From Candidatus Entotheonellaceae bacterium (GTDB lineage: Bacteria; Tectomicrobia; Entotheonellia; Entotheonellales; Entotheonellaceae), in assembly GCA_965238075.1 (NCBI GenBank), contig OZ250173.1:3008001-3072000 (forward strand): DNA of 64,000 bases, read 5' to 3'. The notes below the pieces were generated by a model that saw only the letters and a program-made list of their open reading frames with translations, had not been told where the DNA came from and did not search any database. A program made the translations under genes and the position numbers. Positions 10,435-21,554 of this stretch are shown one piece after another. How positions within the stretch are numbered: position 1 is the first letter of the stretch; every line of letters starts with the position of its first letter.

Positions 10435-11418
10435 ATGGTGACTGAAGTCACACCCTTGGAGAAGCAGGAAACGCGGCCCAGCCTCTGGCAGCGCTTGCTG
10501 GATTGGAGCGCTACGGACGCGCTCACGGGCTACGCCTTCGTTCTGCCGGCCTTCGGCTGGATCGCCGTGCTGGTGGCGATGCCGTTCTGCATCGCGCTGG
10601 CTTACAGCGTCAGCAATGCCTGGATCGATACCGAGTGGATTTGGGCGGAGTTCCTGGGCCTCCAGGAGGGAGAACTGGCGTTCCTGGGGCTGGACAATTT
10701 CATCGACTTGTTCGGCGACAGTATCTTTCTGCAGACGCTGCAAAATTCCATCGTGTTCTCAACCGCCTCGGTCGCCCTGAAGGCTATCCTGGGCCTCACA
10801 CTGGCGTTGCTGCTGAACCGCACCCTGCACTTCAACAAGGTAATCCGCGGCGCGTTGTTGCTGCCCTTCGTGGTGCCGACCGCCCTCAGCACGCTAGGGT
10901 GGTGGTGGATGTTCGACTCGCTATACAGCGTCATCAACTGGACGCTGGTGCATCTCAACCTGGCGGAACGCGGCCCGGCGTGGCTGTCTGACCCGTATCT
11001 GGCCATGCTGGCCGTCATCATCGTCAACACCTGGCGCGGCCTGCCGTTCTTCGCCATCACGGTGCTGGCCGGTCTGGTGTCGATCCCCAATGAGTTGTAC
11101 GAGGCCGCCGAAACGGACGGCGCTGCGGCGCTGCGGCGTTTCTGGCACATCACGCTGCCGCTGCTGCGCCCGGTGCTGGCGGTGGTGGTGCTGTTCTCGA
11201 CGATCTTCACGCTGGCCGAATTCAACATCATCTTCGTGCTGACCCGGGGCGGCCCGGAAAACATGACGCACCTTTTTTCCACCCTGTCATACACCTACGG
11301 ACTGATCGGCGGGCAACTCGGCTCCGGCGCCGCTATCTCGCTTTTCCTGTTTCCCTTCATGCTGGTGATCGTCTACTTCCAGTTGAAACTAATCCGTCGG
11401 GATACGACGTACGATTAG
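10435..11418 (+). CDS. Carbohydrate ABC transporter permease
   Basis: LYEAAETDGA EAA loop, LTRGGP; TM helices. Confidence 0.92.
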   Translation: MVTEVTPLEKQETRPSLWQRLLDWSATDALTGYAFVLPAFGWIAVLVAMPFCIALAYSVSNAWIDTEWIWAEFLGLQEGELAFLGLDNFIDLFGDSIFLQTLQNSIVFSTASVALKAILGLTLALLLNRTLHFNKVIRGALLLPFVVPTALSTLGWWWMFDSLYSVINWTLVHLNLAERGPAWLSDPYLAMLAVIIVNTWRGLPFFAITVLAGLVSIPNELYEAAETDGAAALRRFWHITLPLLRPVLAVVVLFSTIFTLAEFNIIFVLTRGGPENMTHLFSTLSYTYGLIGGQLGSGAAISLFLFPFMLVIVYFQLKLIRRDTTYD

Positions 11419-11513
11419 CCGTCGGCGGGCAGGGGAGGCAAGCTGATGCCGTTGGATGGGCGGCGTCATCCTGGCCTTTCAGGTGCTGGTGTTTGGCAAG
11501 CCGTTCTTTACGT

Positions 11514-12702
11514 GATGGAAAGGAACCTCGCAATGTGGCCCTCGGCACAATCGATTCATCTTGTTGGCGCGGCGTTCGCGCTGCTGCACGTGCTCGCCGG
11601 CATCGCCGCCGGACAGCCTCTTGTGGTGGTGCTTGGCGCCATCGGTTTGCTGCTGGCCTATGGCCTGCGGCGGCGCAGCGATTCCGTCCGCCTGGGGAGC
11701 ATCGTGCTGCTGACGCTGTACGTGCTGATGCGGCTGATTCTGGGTGTGTTCGCCTGGCGCGGCGCAGGGGCGGCGGTGCAGGTGCCGAACATCGTGGCCA
11801 TCCTCGGGTCGCTGTATCTGGTGCTGGCCTTGGGGCGCCTGGGCGCGGCGTTCGCCAGCAAGCGCGACATGTGGCTGGGGGTGTTTATCTCAAAATACCT
11901 GCCGTTGCTGCCGTACCTGTTTTTCGCCCTGTTCCCGTTGTACTTCATGATGGTCACGTCGCTGAAGACGGACAACGAACTGTACGACCTGGAAGCGGTG
12001 CCGTTCTGGATCACCGGCGCCGGGTTCACGGTCGACAACTACGGCTACCTGTTCGAGGAGACGCCGTACGTGGTATGGCTGATCAATACGCTGAAGGTCT
12101 CCATCAGCGCCACGGCGATCTCGGTGGCGATTGCCGTCCTGGCCGCCTACGCCCTCGCCCGTCTGAGCTTTCGCGGCGCCGAGACGTTCGGCGTGGCGGT
12201 GTTCGTGACCTACCTGGTGCCGCCGTCGCTGCTGTTCCTGCCCCTGGCGCGGGTGGTGGACAGCCTCGGCCTGTCGGACAGCACGCTGGCGCTGATCGTC
12301 ACCTATCCAACCTTTTTGATTCCGTTCTGCACGTGGCTGTTGATGGGGTATTTCCGCACCATCCCCAAGGAAATTGAAGAATGCGCCATGATCGACGGCT
12401 GTAACCGTATCCAGGCCCTGTTGCGCATCGTCCTCCCCATGGCCGTGCCGGGCATCATTTGCGCCGTCCTGTTTGGCTTCACCCTGTCCTGGAACGAGTT
12501 TCTCTACTCCCTGGTGTTCATCTCCAGCACCGGCGCCAAGACCATCTCCGTGGGTGTCATCTCCGAACTCATTCGAGGCGACATCTATTACTGGGGCCAG
12601 CTCATGGCCGGCGCCATGGTCGGCTCCATCCCCATCGTCGTTGCCTACGTCTTCTTCATGGATTACTACGTCTCCGGCCTCACCGCAGGAGCGGTCAAGT
12701 AG
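11514..12702 (+). CDS. Carbohydrate ABC transporter permease with hydrophobic N-terminal extension (start uncertain: 11446, 11514 or 11533)
   Basis: IPKEIEECAMIDG, SWNEF, GLTAGAVK. Confidence 0.88.
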
Positions 12703-12824
12703 GTCGGATTCGAGAAGCGTAGTCCGACATTCCTATGAAAATAAGCCTGGAATGACCAATTTGAGGCGTGGAACAACCTGATTTTCATAGGAATGACGAA
12801 GATGCTTCTCGACGCCCAGCCTAC
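12699..12824. repeat. GTAG-type REP doublet (REPIN-like)
   Basis: GTAGGTCGGATT...TCCGACA and inverted ...CCCAGCCTAC; perfect 15-bp IR CATTCCTATGAAAAT (12728-12742) / ATTTTCATAGGAATG (12781-12795). Confidence 0.75.
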
Positions 12825-12866
12825 GCCATCAATTCAAAGCTGTTGGACTACTAGCCGTCACGCAAG

Positions 12867-13412
12867 TCACCCGGCTGCGAAACGGTTCGACTGCCCCAGC
12901 AGTCGATGAATGCCCGCCGCCTTGCGGCGCAGATCATCCCCCTCGTTTCTGCTTTGTGCCGACACGTCATACGTCAGGTCCGCAACGGCATGATAGCGCT
13001 CGCGCCGCGCCTCCCACACCTGGGCAATTTCCGCTTCCGCAGGCCCCTGCCCGGTGAGGGACGGGCGGTGGCTGTGGCGGGCGATGCGCGCTGCCAAGAC
13101 CGACAGGTCGCAGACGAGCAGAACCACGACGCTGCATTCCCTTAGGACCCGCGTGTTTTCCGCGTCGATCAGGGCGCCGCCACCGACCGCGATGACGTGC
13201 TTGCGGAGCCGCGCGGCGTCCGCCACGACCTGGCGTTCCAGGTTGCGAAAATGGTCCCAGCCGTGCTGCGCCACGATGTCGTTGATGGACATGCCGGCGC
13301 GGCGCACGATGTCCTTATCAGTGTCGCGGAAACCGTAGCCCAACAGGCGGGCGAGGGCTCTGCCGAGGGTGCTTTTGCCGGTGCCGCGCAGGCCGGTCAG
13401 GACGACGTTCAC
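12867..13412 (-). CDS. aroK: Shikimate kinase
   Basis: GLRGTGKST, DTD, FRNLE, GGG, RPSL. Confidence 0.93.
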   Translation of the reverse strand: MNVVLTGLRGTGKSTLGRALARLLGYGFRDTDKDIVRRAGMSINDIVAQHGWDHFRNLERQVVADAARLRKHVIAVGGGALIDAENTRVLRECSVVVLLVCDLSVLAARIARHSHRPSLTGQGPAEAEIAQVWEARRERYHAVADLTYDVSAQSRNEGDDLRRKAAGIHRLLGQSNRFAAG

Positions 13413-13415
13413 GCC

Positions 13416-14705
13416 TCACACCTTTTCGACGGATATGCCAATGTGCCGCAGGTCGTCCCAGAAGCTGGGGTAGGTCTTGGCGACGCAGTCCGGCTCGCGG
13501 ATGCGGATGCCCGGCAGGCGGGCGCCGGCCATGCCGAAGCACATGGCCATGCGGTGGTCGTCGTAGGTGTCGATTTCCGCGCCGTGCAGGGCGGCGGGGT
13601 TACCATCGATGTGCAGGCCGTCGGGCAATTCCGTCACCGCGGCGCCGATTTTGCGCAGTTCGGTGGCCAGGGCTCGTAGGCGGTCGGTTTCCTTCACGCG
13701 CAGGTTGGCGATGTTGCACAGGCGCGTTTCGCCTTGGCAGAAGGCGGCGAGCACGGCCACCGTCATGGCGGCGTCGGGGAGGGCATTGAGGTCGATGTCT
13801 TCTAGCGGCTGTAGCTGCCGTGGCCCCACCACGTGCCACCCCTGGCGCCGCGACACGGTGCAGCCCATGCGTTCCAGCACCTGCAGGAAGCGCGTGTCGC
13901 CCTGCACCGAATCGGGCGGCACATTGGTCACGCACATGGTTTGCCCGAGCAGGGCGGCGAGGCCCCAGAAATAGCTGGCCGAGGACGCATCGCCCTCGAT
14001 GGCGTAGTCTCGGGCTGCGTATACCTGCCGCCCCGGAATGCGAAACAACCGGTAATCGTCGTGCGCCACTTCGACGCCAAAGCGCGCCATGATGTCCAGG
14101 GTCAGGTCGACGTAGGGCACCGACACCAGGGTGTCCTGGACCTCCAGCACCACGTCATGCCGGGCGTAGGGCGCCGCCATCAGCAGGGCAGACAGAAACT
14201 GGCTGCTGATGGCGCCCGAGACGGTGGCGTGGCCGCCTTGCAGGCGTGTGGCGCCAACGCGGACCGGAGGGCAGCCGTTGTCGCGTTCGCTGGTGACATC
14301 GGCGCCGAGCTGAGCGAGGGCGGTGAGCAGGTCGGCGATGGGGCGCTCCTGCATCCGCTCATTGCCGGTGATCGTGCTGGGGAATCCCGCCAGGGTCATC
14401 ATGGCGGTCAGGAACCGGGTTGCGGTGCCGGAATTGCCGAGGAAGAGGGGTGTGCCGGGGTCGCTGAATTGCCCGCCCAGCCCGTGCACGGTGAAGACGC
14501 CGCCGTCGTGCGTGACCTGGATCCCCAGGCGTTCGAGAGCCGCGCGGGCAACGCGCGTATCGTCGCTGTTCAGGACGTCGCGCAGGGTGCTCGTGCCATC
14601 GGCCACGGCGGCGATGGTCAGGGCGCGGTTGGTATAGCTCTTGGAGCCGGGAACGGCGTGTTCCGGCGCGATGCCGGGGGTTGGGATAACCTCGATGCGT
14701 TCCAT
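13416..14705 (-). CDS. aroA: 3-phosphoshikimate 1-carboxyvinyltransferase
   Basis: PGSKSYTNR, LGNSGTATR, SSQF, RVKETDR, DDHRMAM. Confidence 0.97.
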   Translation of the reverse strand: MERIEVIPTPGIAPEHAVPGSKSYTNRALTIAAVADGTSTLRDVLNSDDTRVARAALERLGIQVTHDGGVFTVHGLGGQFSDPGTPLFLGNSGTATRFLTAMMTLAGFPSTITGNERMQERPIADLLTALAQLGADVTSERDNGCPPVRVGATRLQGGHATVSGAISSQFLSALLMAAPYARHDVVLEVQDTLVSVPYVDLTLDIMARFGVEVAHDDYRLFRIPGRQVYAARDYAIEGDASSASYFWGLAALLGQTMCVTNVPPDSVQGDTRFLQVLERMGCTVSRRQGWHVVGPRQLQPLEDIDLNALPDAAMTVAVLAAFCQGETRLCNIANLRVKETDRLRALATELRKIGAAVTELPDGLHIDGNPAALHGAEIDTYDDHRMAMCFGMAGARLPGIRIREPDCVAKTYPSFWDDLRHIGISVEKV

Positions 14706-14761
14706 GCGCGGCTCGTAGGATGACCCCGGGCGGGAAACGATGCCGGAGTGGGGAGGGAAGG

Positions 14762-14836
14762 TACCCCCGAGACGATTCGAACGTCCGACACACGGCTCCG
14801 GAGGCCGTTGCTCTATCCATGCTGAGCTACGGGGGC
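14762..14836 (-). tRNA. tRNA-Arg (anticodon CCG); 3' CCA not encoded (ACCT follows)
   Basis: Reverse complement GCCCCCGTAGCTCAGCATGGATAGAGCAACGGCCTCCGGAGCCGTGTGTCGGACGTTCGAATCGTCTCGGGGGTA folds into a cloverleaf; stem ACGGC/GCCGT encloses CT-CCG-GA. Confidence 0.96.
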
Positions 14837-14937
14837 ACGGCTAAACGAAGCCATACTATAACTGAGTTCGCCGGGCTTGGACAACATCTTTTCTCGGTCT
14901 GCGCAAGCGCCGGTGCCGTCATGTTATAGTTTCGCAC

Positions 14938-15558
14938 ATGTATAGCGATCGACAGAAAGACTCACGAGGCGTTTCGCCTTCATTCAGCGAAAAACAGAGA
15001 TTGTGTCATCCTGGCCGCTCGCGGTTTTGGCATTGGCACGGCTTGGTGCTTCTGGCTGTCGTCGGGTTGACGGTGTGGGGCTGCGGGTACACGCTCATCG
15101 GCTCGCCGTCTGGCGGGTTGGACAAGCGGGTTGCCGCTGTGGCCGTGGAGCCGTTCACCAACGGAACGCGCGAGCCCCAGATAGAACATTACGCCACCGC
15201 GGCGTTGCGTCAGGCGCTGATGGAGGGACGGGGGTTCGGGTTGACCTCGGCGGCTGCGGCTCAAACACGGGTGCAGGGCCGCGTTCGCCGCTTTCGCGCA
15301 ACGGCGCTATCATACGGCCCCAACGACAGGGTGTTGGAGTACCGCCTCGAAGCCGACATCCGCGTTTCTGTTCTGAGCGGGGAGGAGCCGCAGCCGCTGC
15401 TGCAGCATGACATCCCGGCGCGGGCCGAGTACCTGGTGTCGCGCAGCGGGGACGTGCGCGAGGAGGCTGTGGCACGCGAGGCCGCCCTGGCCCTGTTGGC
15501 GCGGCAGTTTGCCGATCGTTGCGCCGCCTGGCTGACCATCGCCTTATTGGAAGGGTGA
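14938..15558 (+). CDS. LptE-like lipoprotein (true start probably downstream)
   Basis: Lipobox VWGC followed by GY; EPFTNGT; lies directly before holA as in leuS-lptE-holA operons. Confidence 0.75.
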   Translation: MYSDRQKDSRGVSPSFSEKQRLCHPGRSRFWHWHGLVLLAVVGLTVWGCGYTLIGSPSGGLDKRVAAVAVEPFTNGTREPQIEHYATAALRQALMEGRGFGLTSAAAAQTRVQGRVRRFRATALSYGPNDRVLEYRLEADIRVSVLSGEEPQPLLQHDIPARAEYLVSRSGDVREEAVAREAALALLARQFADRCAAWLTIALLEG

Positions 15559-15562
15559 CCGC

Positions 15563-16567
15563 ATGCCGCGTCTTGCCATCGCCGACTTCTGGCGTCGATT
15601 GGACCAAGGCACCATCGATCCGTTCTACCTCTTCTTTGGCCAGGAAGCCTACCTGATCCGCGAGTACACCGAGACCCTGACAGCCCGCATTCTCGGCGCC
15701 GCGCCACGCGATTTCAATTACGACCGCTATGCCATGGCGGACCGCGACAGCCTCGCCGAAGCGCTGGGAACGGCCCGCACGCTGCCCGTCATGGCGATGT
15801 ATCGGGTGGTGGTGGCACAGGATTTACAGGAGTTGCGCAAAGCCGATTGGCAGCTGTTGGAAGGCTATGTGACGTCGCCTTCCGAGAGCACGGCATTGAT
15901 CGCCGGCAGCCGGGACAGCGAGCCGAAGAAGTTCCCCGAATTTGTGTGGAAGCATGCGACGGCGGTGGCCTGCGCGCCACTGGACGGCGGCAACCTGCGC
16001 GGCTGGGTGGCCAAGGCGGTGACAGAGGCAGGTTACAGCATTACCGATCAAGCCATTCGCGGCTTGTTGCAAGATCATGACCCCGACCTGCGCATTCTGG
16101 AGCGCGAGATCGAGAAACTGTGTACGTACGTGGGCGAGCCGGGAGAGGTGAGCCTGGAAGACGTGCAGGCGGTAGGGCAGGCGTCGCGGCAGCATTCCCT
16201 CTTTGCGCTGTCCGACGCGCTCGGCGGCCGCCAACCGGGGCCGGCGTTGCTGGAAGTCGACCACCTGCTCAATCAGGGCGAGCCGCCGCTCGTCGTCATG
16301 AGCATGATCGTGCGGCACTTCCGCCTGTTGTGGACCATCAAGCAACTCGCCGGCCAAGATCAGGATCGTTACCACATCGCCAAGACGCTGCGCCTACCGC
16401 CCAACGTGTGCCGCACCCTGATGGCGCAGAGCGGGTTCTTTTCTGCCGAGCGATTGCAGGAATTATATGGGGCTGCTTTGGAGGCAGATCTGACGTTCAA
16501 AAGCACGAACAAACCCCCGCGGACTATTCTGGAGGGGTTGGTTCTCCAGTTGTGCGCGGGGGTTTAA
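15563..16567 (+). CDS. holA: DNA polymerase III delta subunit
   Basis: YLFFGQEAYL, TLPVM, EIEKLCTY, EADLTFKS. Confidence 0.92.
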   Translation: MPRLAIADFWRRLDQGTIDPFYLFFGQEAYLIREYTETLTARILGAAPRDFNYDRYAMADRDSLAEALGTARTLPVMAMYRVVVAQDLQELRKADWQLLEGYVTSPSESTALIAGSRDSEPKKFPEFVWKHATAVACAPLDGGNLRGWVAKAVTEAGYSITDQAIRGLLQDHDPDLRILEREIEKLCTYVGEPGEVSLEDVQAVGQASRQHSLFALSDALGGRQPGPALLEVDHLLNQGEPPLVVMSMIVRHFRLLWTIKQLAGQDQDRYHIAKTLRLPPNVCRTLMAQSGFFSAERLQELYGAALEADLTFKSTNKPPRTILEGLVLQLCAGV

Positions 16568-16842
16568 GCGGGTTGACTGGCGAGCGTCGCGACCTTGCGG
16601 GTGAGGCGAGAGATGCGCCGGGAAGCCTGGTTCCTGTGGATAATGCCCTTGGTGGTGGCTTTGCCCAAGGCGCGCACCGCAACGGGAAGCTCGGCTTGAG
16701 CGGTGGGAACGTCTTTGCGCGCGACGGCCGAGGTGACGCGCCGGATGGTGGTGCGCAGGGCCGAGCGCAGCATGGTGTTACGCTCATTGCGCTTCTTGTT
16801 TTGGCGGTTGCGTTTCACTGCTGAGGGATGACGATTTGCCAT
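16564..16842 (-). CDS. rpsT: 30S ribosomal protein S20
   Basis: MANRHPSAVKRNRQ...KGIIHRNQASRRISRL. Confidence 0.97.
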   Translation of the reverse strand: MANRHPSAVKRNRQNKKRNERNTMLRSALRTTIRRVTSAVARKDVPTAQAELPVAVRALGKATTKGIIHRNQASRRISRLTRKVATLASQPA

Positions 16843-16870
16843 AAATAAGGTCTCCTTTTGGTGAGCGGGC

Positions 16871-16900
16871 AGTATAGCAAGGGGGTCGCGGAGGTGTCAA
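16871..16900 (-). promoter_or_regulatory. sigma70 promoter of rpsT
   Basis: TTGACA-18nt-TATACT with extended TGn on the minus strand. Confidence 0.7.
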
Positions 16901-16979
16901 CGATTCGCCGAGATTGTAAAGGAGCTTGCGGAATCCTCTCGAGTGAACTAATCTGTATGGACTAAGCGGAGAAGGTATT

Positions 16980-17225
16980 ATGCGTATCGTCAACATGCAC
17001 GAAGCCAAGACGCATCTCTCGCGTCTCGTTCAGGCGGCGGCCAATGGCGAGCCGTTCATCATAGCGCGGGCGGGTAAACCGGTGGTCAAGGTTATGGCAG
17101 TGGAAACACTGGGGCTCGGAGCGACGCGCCGAACCGGGTTTCTGGCTGGCAAGATTTCTGTGCCGAAGGACTTTGACCGCATGGCGTCCGCCGAGATCGA
17201 AGCCTTGTTTGAGACGGACACGTGA
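16980..17225 (+). CDS. Phd/YefM-family antitoxin
   Basis: VNMHEAKTHLSRLV...GEPFIIARAGKPV. Confidence 0.93.
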   Translation: MRIVNMHEAKTHLSRLVQAAANGEPFIIARAGKPVVKVMAVETLGLGATRRTGFLAGKISVPKDFDRMASAEIEALFETDT

Positions 17226-17611
17226 GCTTCCTTCTTGACACGCATGTTCTGCTCTGGGCGGCGGGTATGCCAGAGCGGCTGCCGGGCGAGGTACGGGCGA
17301 TGATCGAAAACCTGGAGACCGAGTTGATCTTCAGTGCTGCGTCCCTCTGGGAGATTGCCATCAAGAGTGGACTCGGGCGCGCGGATTTCAGGGTCGATCC
17401 GCGTCTTCTGCGCCGGGGATTGCTGGAGAATGACTATACGGAACTGGCCGTGACAGGCGCCCATGCGGTGGTTGTGGATCTGCTGCCGCCAATCCACCGG
17501 GATCCATTCGACCGTATTCTGATTGCGCAGGCTCAGGTCGAAGGGATTACCCTATTGACGACGGACGAAGTCGTAGGGCGCTACCCAGGACCGATCGAGG
17601 TGCTTCGATAA
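17222..17611 (+). CDS. VapC-family PIN-domain toxin
   Basis: LLDTHVLLW, SAASLWEIAIK, HRDPFDR; GTGA overlap with the antitoxin gene. Confidence 0.94.
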   Translation: MSFLLDTHVLLWAAGMPERLPGEVRAMIENLETELIFSAASLWEIAIKSGLGRADFRVDPRLLRRGLLENDYTELAVTGAHAVVVDLLPPIHRDPFDRILIAQAQVEGITLLTTDEVVGRYPGPIEVLR

Positions 17612-17737
17612 ACACCGGCGAACCGCTGATCTTTCGGCGCCGCGGCCGACGACACGGTTGAAAGGCGTGGATGGACGCCGACGGCCGAGCCGTCGCCCAA
17701 GTGGTCGGCAATCCCATGGGGCCATGCAGGCTTCAGA

Positions 17738-17770
17738 TGCCGGATTACGCCGGCGGCTAATCCGACCTGC
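17738..17770 (-). repeat. GTAG-type REP-like palindrome
   Basis: Reverse complement GCAGGTCGGATTAGCCGCCGGCGTAATCCGGCA resembles the element at 12699. Confidence 0.65.
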
Positions 17771-17828
17771 CCATCGCGGATAGGGTGCCGGACGGCGTTG
17801 GTCGCCATACCTTACGGAGTGAGCATAA

Positions 17829-19802
17829 ATGGTTACGCATATTGGCGTTGATACCGGCGGCACGTTCAGCGATTTCATCCGCATCGAGGACGGCGCGCCG
17901 GTAATTCATAAAGTCCTGTCGACACCGGACAACCCGGCGCAGGCAGTATTGGAGGGGCTGGAACACCTGTGTCCCGATCTCGTCGGGGTGGAGGTGGTGC
18001 ACGGCTCGACCGTGGCGACCAATGCGCTGTTGGAGCGCAAGGGCGCCCGCACGGCGTTGGTGGCGACGCGGGGATTCGAGGACGTGCTGGAGATCGGGCG
18101 GCAGACGCGCCCGCACTTGTATGACCCGTTCGTGGAGAAGCTGCCGCCGCTGGTGCCGGGCCGCATGCGGTTCGGCGTTGCCGAACGCCTGGCCTACGAC
18201 GGCGAGGTGCTGGAGCCCCTGGCGCCGTCGGAAATCGAGCGAATTGTCGAGCGCGTGCGGCGCTCCGGGGCGCAGTCGCTGGCCGTCTGCCTGCTGCACG
18301 CCTACGCCAACCCGGTGCACGAGGCGGCCATCGCGCAGGCGGCGCGGCGGCTCGGCATCCCCGTGTCGGTGTCGCATCAGGTGCTGCCGGAGTTTCGCGA
18401 GTACGAGCGCTGCAGCACCACCGTGGTGAACGCCTATCTGCGCCCGGTGATGCAGCGTTACCTGCAAAGTTTGTCCGAGGCGCTGCAGGGCGCCAAGCTG
18501 CGGGTGATGCGCTCCAATGGCGGGGTGATGTCGGCGGCGCGGGCGCACCAGGAAGCCGTGCACACGGTGCTGTCCGGCCCGGCGGGCGGCGTTGTGGGGG
18601 CGTTTCGCAGCGCCCGCGAGGTCGGCTATGCCCACGTCATCACGTTCGACATGGGCGGCACTTCCACGGACGTGTCGCTGTGCGAGGAACAGCCGCGCAC
18701 GACGACGGAGACGATTGTGGCGGGCTGTCCGGTCAAGGTGCCGGTGCTGGACATCCACACGGTGGGGGCGGGCGGCGGCTCGCTGGCCACCATCGATGCG
18801 GGCGGTGCGCTGCAGGTCGGCCCGCAGAGCGCCGGCGCCGATCCGGGTCCGGTGTGTTACGGCAAGGGCGCGGGGCTGACCGTCACCGACGCCAACCTGT
18901 ACCTGGGCCGCCTGCACCCGGACGGATTCCTGGGCGGCAACATGCGGCTGGACGTGCCGCGCACCTGGGCGGCGGTGGCGGATTTCGCGGCACGCACCGG
19001 CCTGAGCCCGGAGGTGCTGTGCCAGGGCATCCTGGAAGTGGTGAACGCCAATATGGAAGGCGCCATCCGCGTCATTTCGGTGGAGCGCGGCCACGACCCG
19101 CGCGAGTTCGTCCTGGTGTCGTTCGGCGGCGCCGGCGGCATGCACGCGGCGGATCTGGCGCGGCGGTTGTCCATCCCCACGGTGCTGGTGCCGGCGCATC
19201 CCGGCATTCTGTCGGCCTACGGCATGCTGGTGTCCGACTACGTGCAGGAATACGCTCAGACCCTGTTGGTCCCGGTGGCGGAACTGACGCGCGAGCGGGC
19301 CGAGGCGGCGTTCCGGGAACTGGAGGCGCGCGGCAGGGAGACGATGCAGGAGGAAGGCGTTGCGCCGCAATCCATCGAGATCAGCCGTTTCGTTGACATG
19401 TGCTACGTGGGCCAGTCGTTCGAGTTGGTGGTGCCGTGGAGCGACCATTGCAGCGGCGAGTTTCACCGTCGGCACGAGAGCCGTTACGGCTATGCCGACA
19501 GCACGCGGGCGACGCAGATCGTCAACGTGCGCATCCAGGTGGTAGGGCCGGCCGGGGTGGCGCATCGTCCGCTGCGGGTGGCGGACGGCAACGGCGGTGG
19601 TGACGCCCACGTCGACACGGTGTCCATGTGGGGCGAGGGGGGCTGGCTGCAAACGCCGGTTTACGACCGCCAGCGCCTGCAGCCCGGGCAGCATCTGCCC
19701 GGCCCGGCGCTGATTACCGAATACAGCGCGACCACCGTGGTGCCGGACGATTTCACGGCGCGCATCGACGATTATTACAACCTGGTGCTGCAGCAACGTT
19801 GA
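17829..19802 (+). CDS. Hydantoinase/oxoprolinase subunit A
   Basis: GVDTGGTFSD, HGSTVATNALL, DMGGTSTD, SAGADPGPVCY. Confidence 0.95.
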   Translation: MVTHIGVDTGGTFSDFIRIEDGAPVIHKVLSTPDNPAQAVLEGLEHLCPDLVGVEVVHGSTVATNALLERKGARTALVATRGFEDVLEIGRQTRPHLYDPFVEKLPPLVPGRMRFGVAERLAYDGEVLEPLAPSEIERIVERVRRSGAQSLAVCLLHAYANPVHEAAIAQAARRLGIPVSVSHQVLPEFREYERCSTTVVNAYLRPVMQRYLQSLSEALQGAKLRVMRSNGGVMSAARAHQEAVHTVLSGPAGGVVGAFRSAREVGYAHVITFDMGGTSTDVSLCEEQPRTTTETIVAGCPVKVPVLDIHTVGAGGGSLATIDAGGALQVGPQSAGADPGPVCYGKGAGLTVTDANLYLGRLHPDGFLGGNMRLDVPRTWAAVADFAARTGLSPEVLCQGILEVVNANMEGAIRVISVERGHDPREFVLVSFGGAGGMHAADLARRLSIPTVLVPAHPGILSAYGMLVSDYVQEYAQTLLVPVAELTRERAEAAFRELEARGRETMQEEGVAPQSIEISRFVDMCYVGQSFELVVPWSDHCSGEFHRRHESRYGYADSTRATQIVNVRIQVVGPAGVAHRPLRVADGNGGGDAHVDTVSMWGEGGWLQTPVYDRQRLQPGQHLPGPALITEYSATTVVPDDFTARIDDYYNLVLQQR

Positions 19803-19857
19803 TGAAGGGAGGCTCGGTTCAGTCTGCCGACTCGCACTGCCTGCCCCCGAGTTTTCC

Positions 19858-19939
19858 GTCACCCCGGCGAAAGCCGGGGTCCAGGGTTTTCTGGAGCAGA
19901 GGTCACAGGTCACTGGATTCCGGCATGCGCCGGAATGAC
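19858..19939. repeat. Palindromic REP/RPE-like doublet
   Basis: GTCACCCCGGCGAAAGCCGGGGTCCAG ... CTGGATTCCGGCATGCGCCGGAATGAC, two inverted hairpin units. Confidence 0.8.
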
Positions 19940-19979
19940 CATTATGTAAGCATGGCCACTCCGTCCCAAGGAGTTACAA

Positions 19980-21529
<1,550 letters not shown>

Positions 21530-21554
<25 letters not shown>

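Noticed and set aside
14762-14836. tRNA-Arg as an integration site for an island
   Set aside because: No integrase or duplicated tRNA 3' end seen; the flanks are housekeeping genes.
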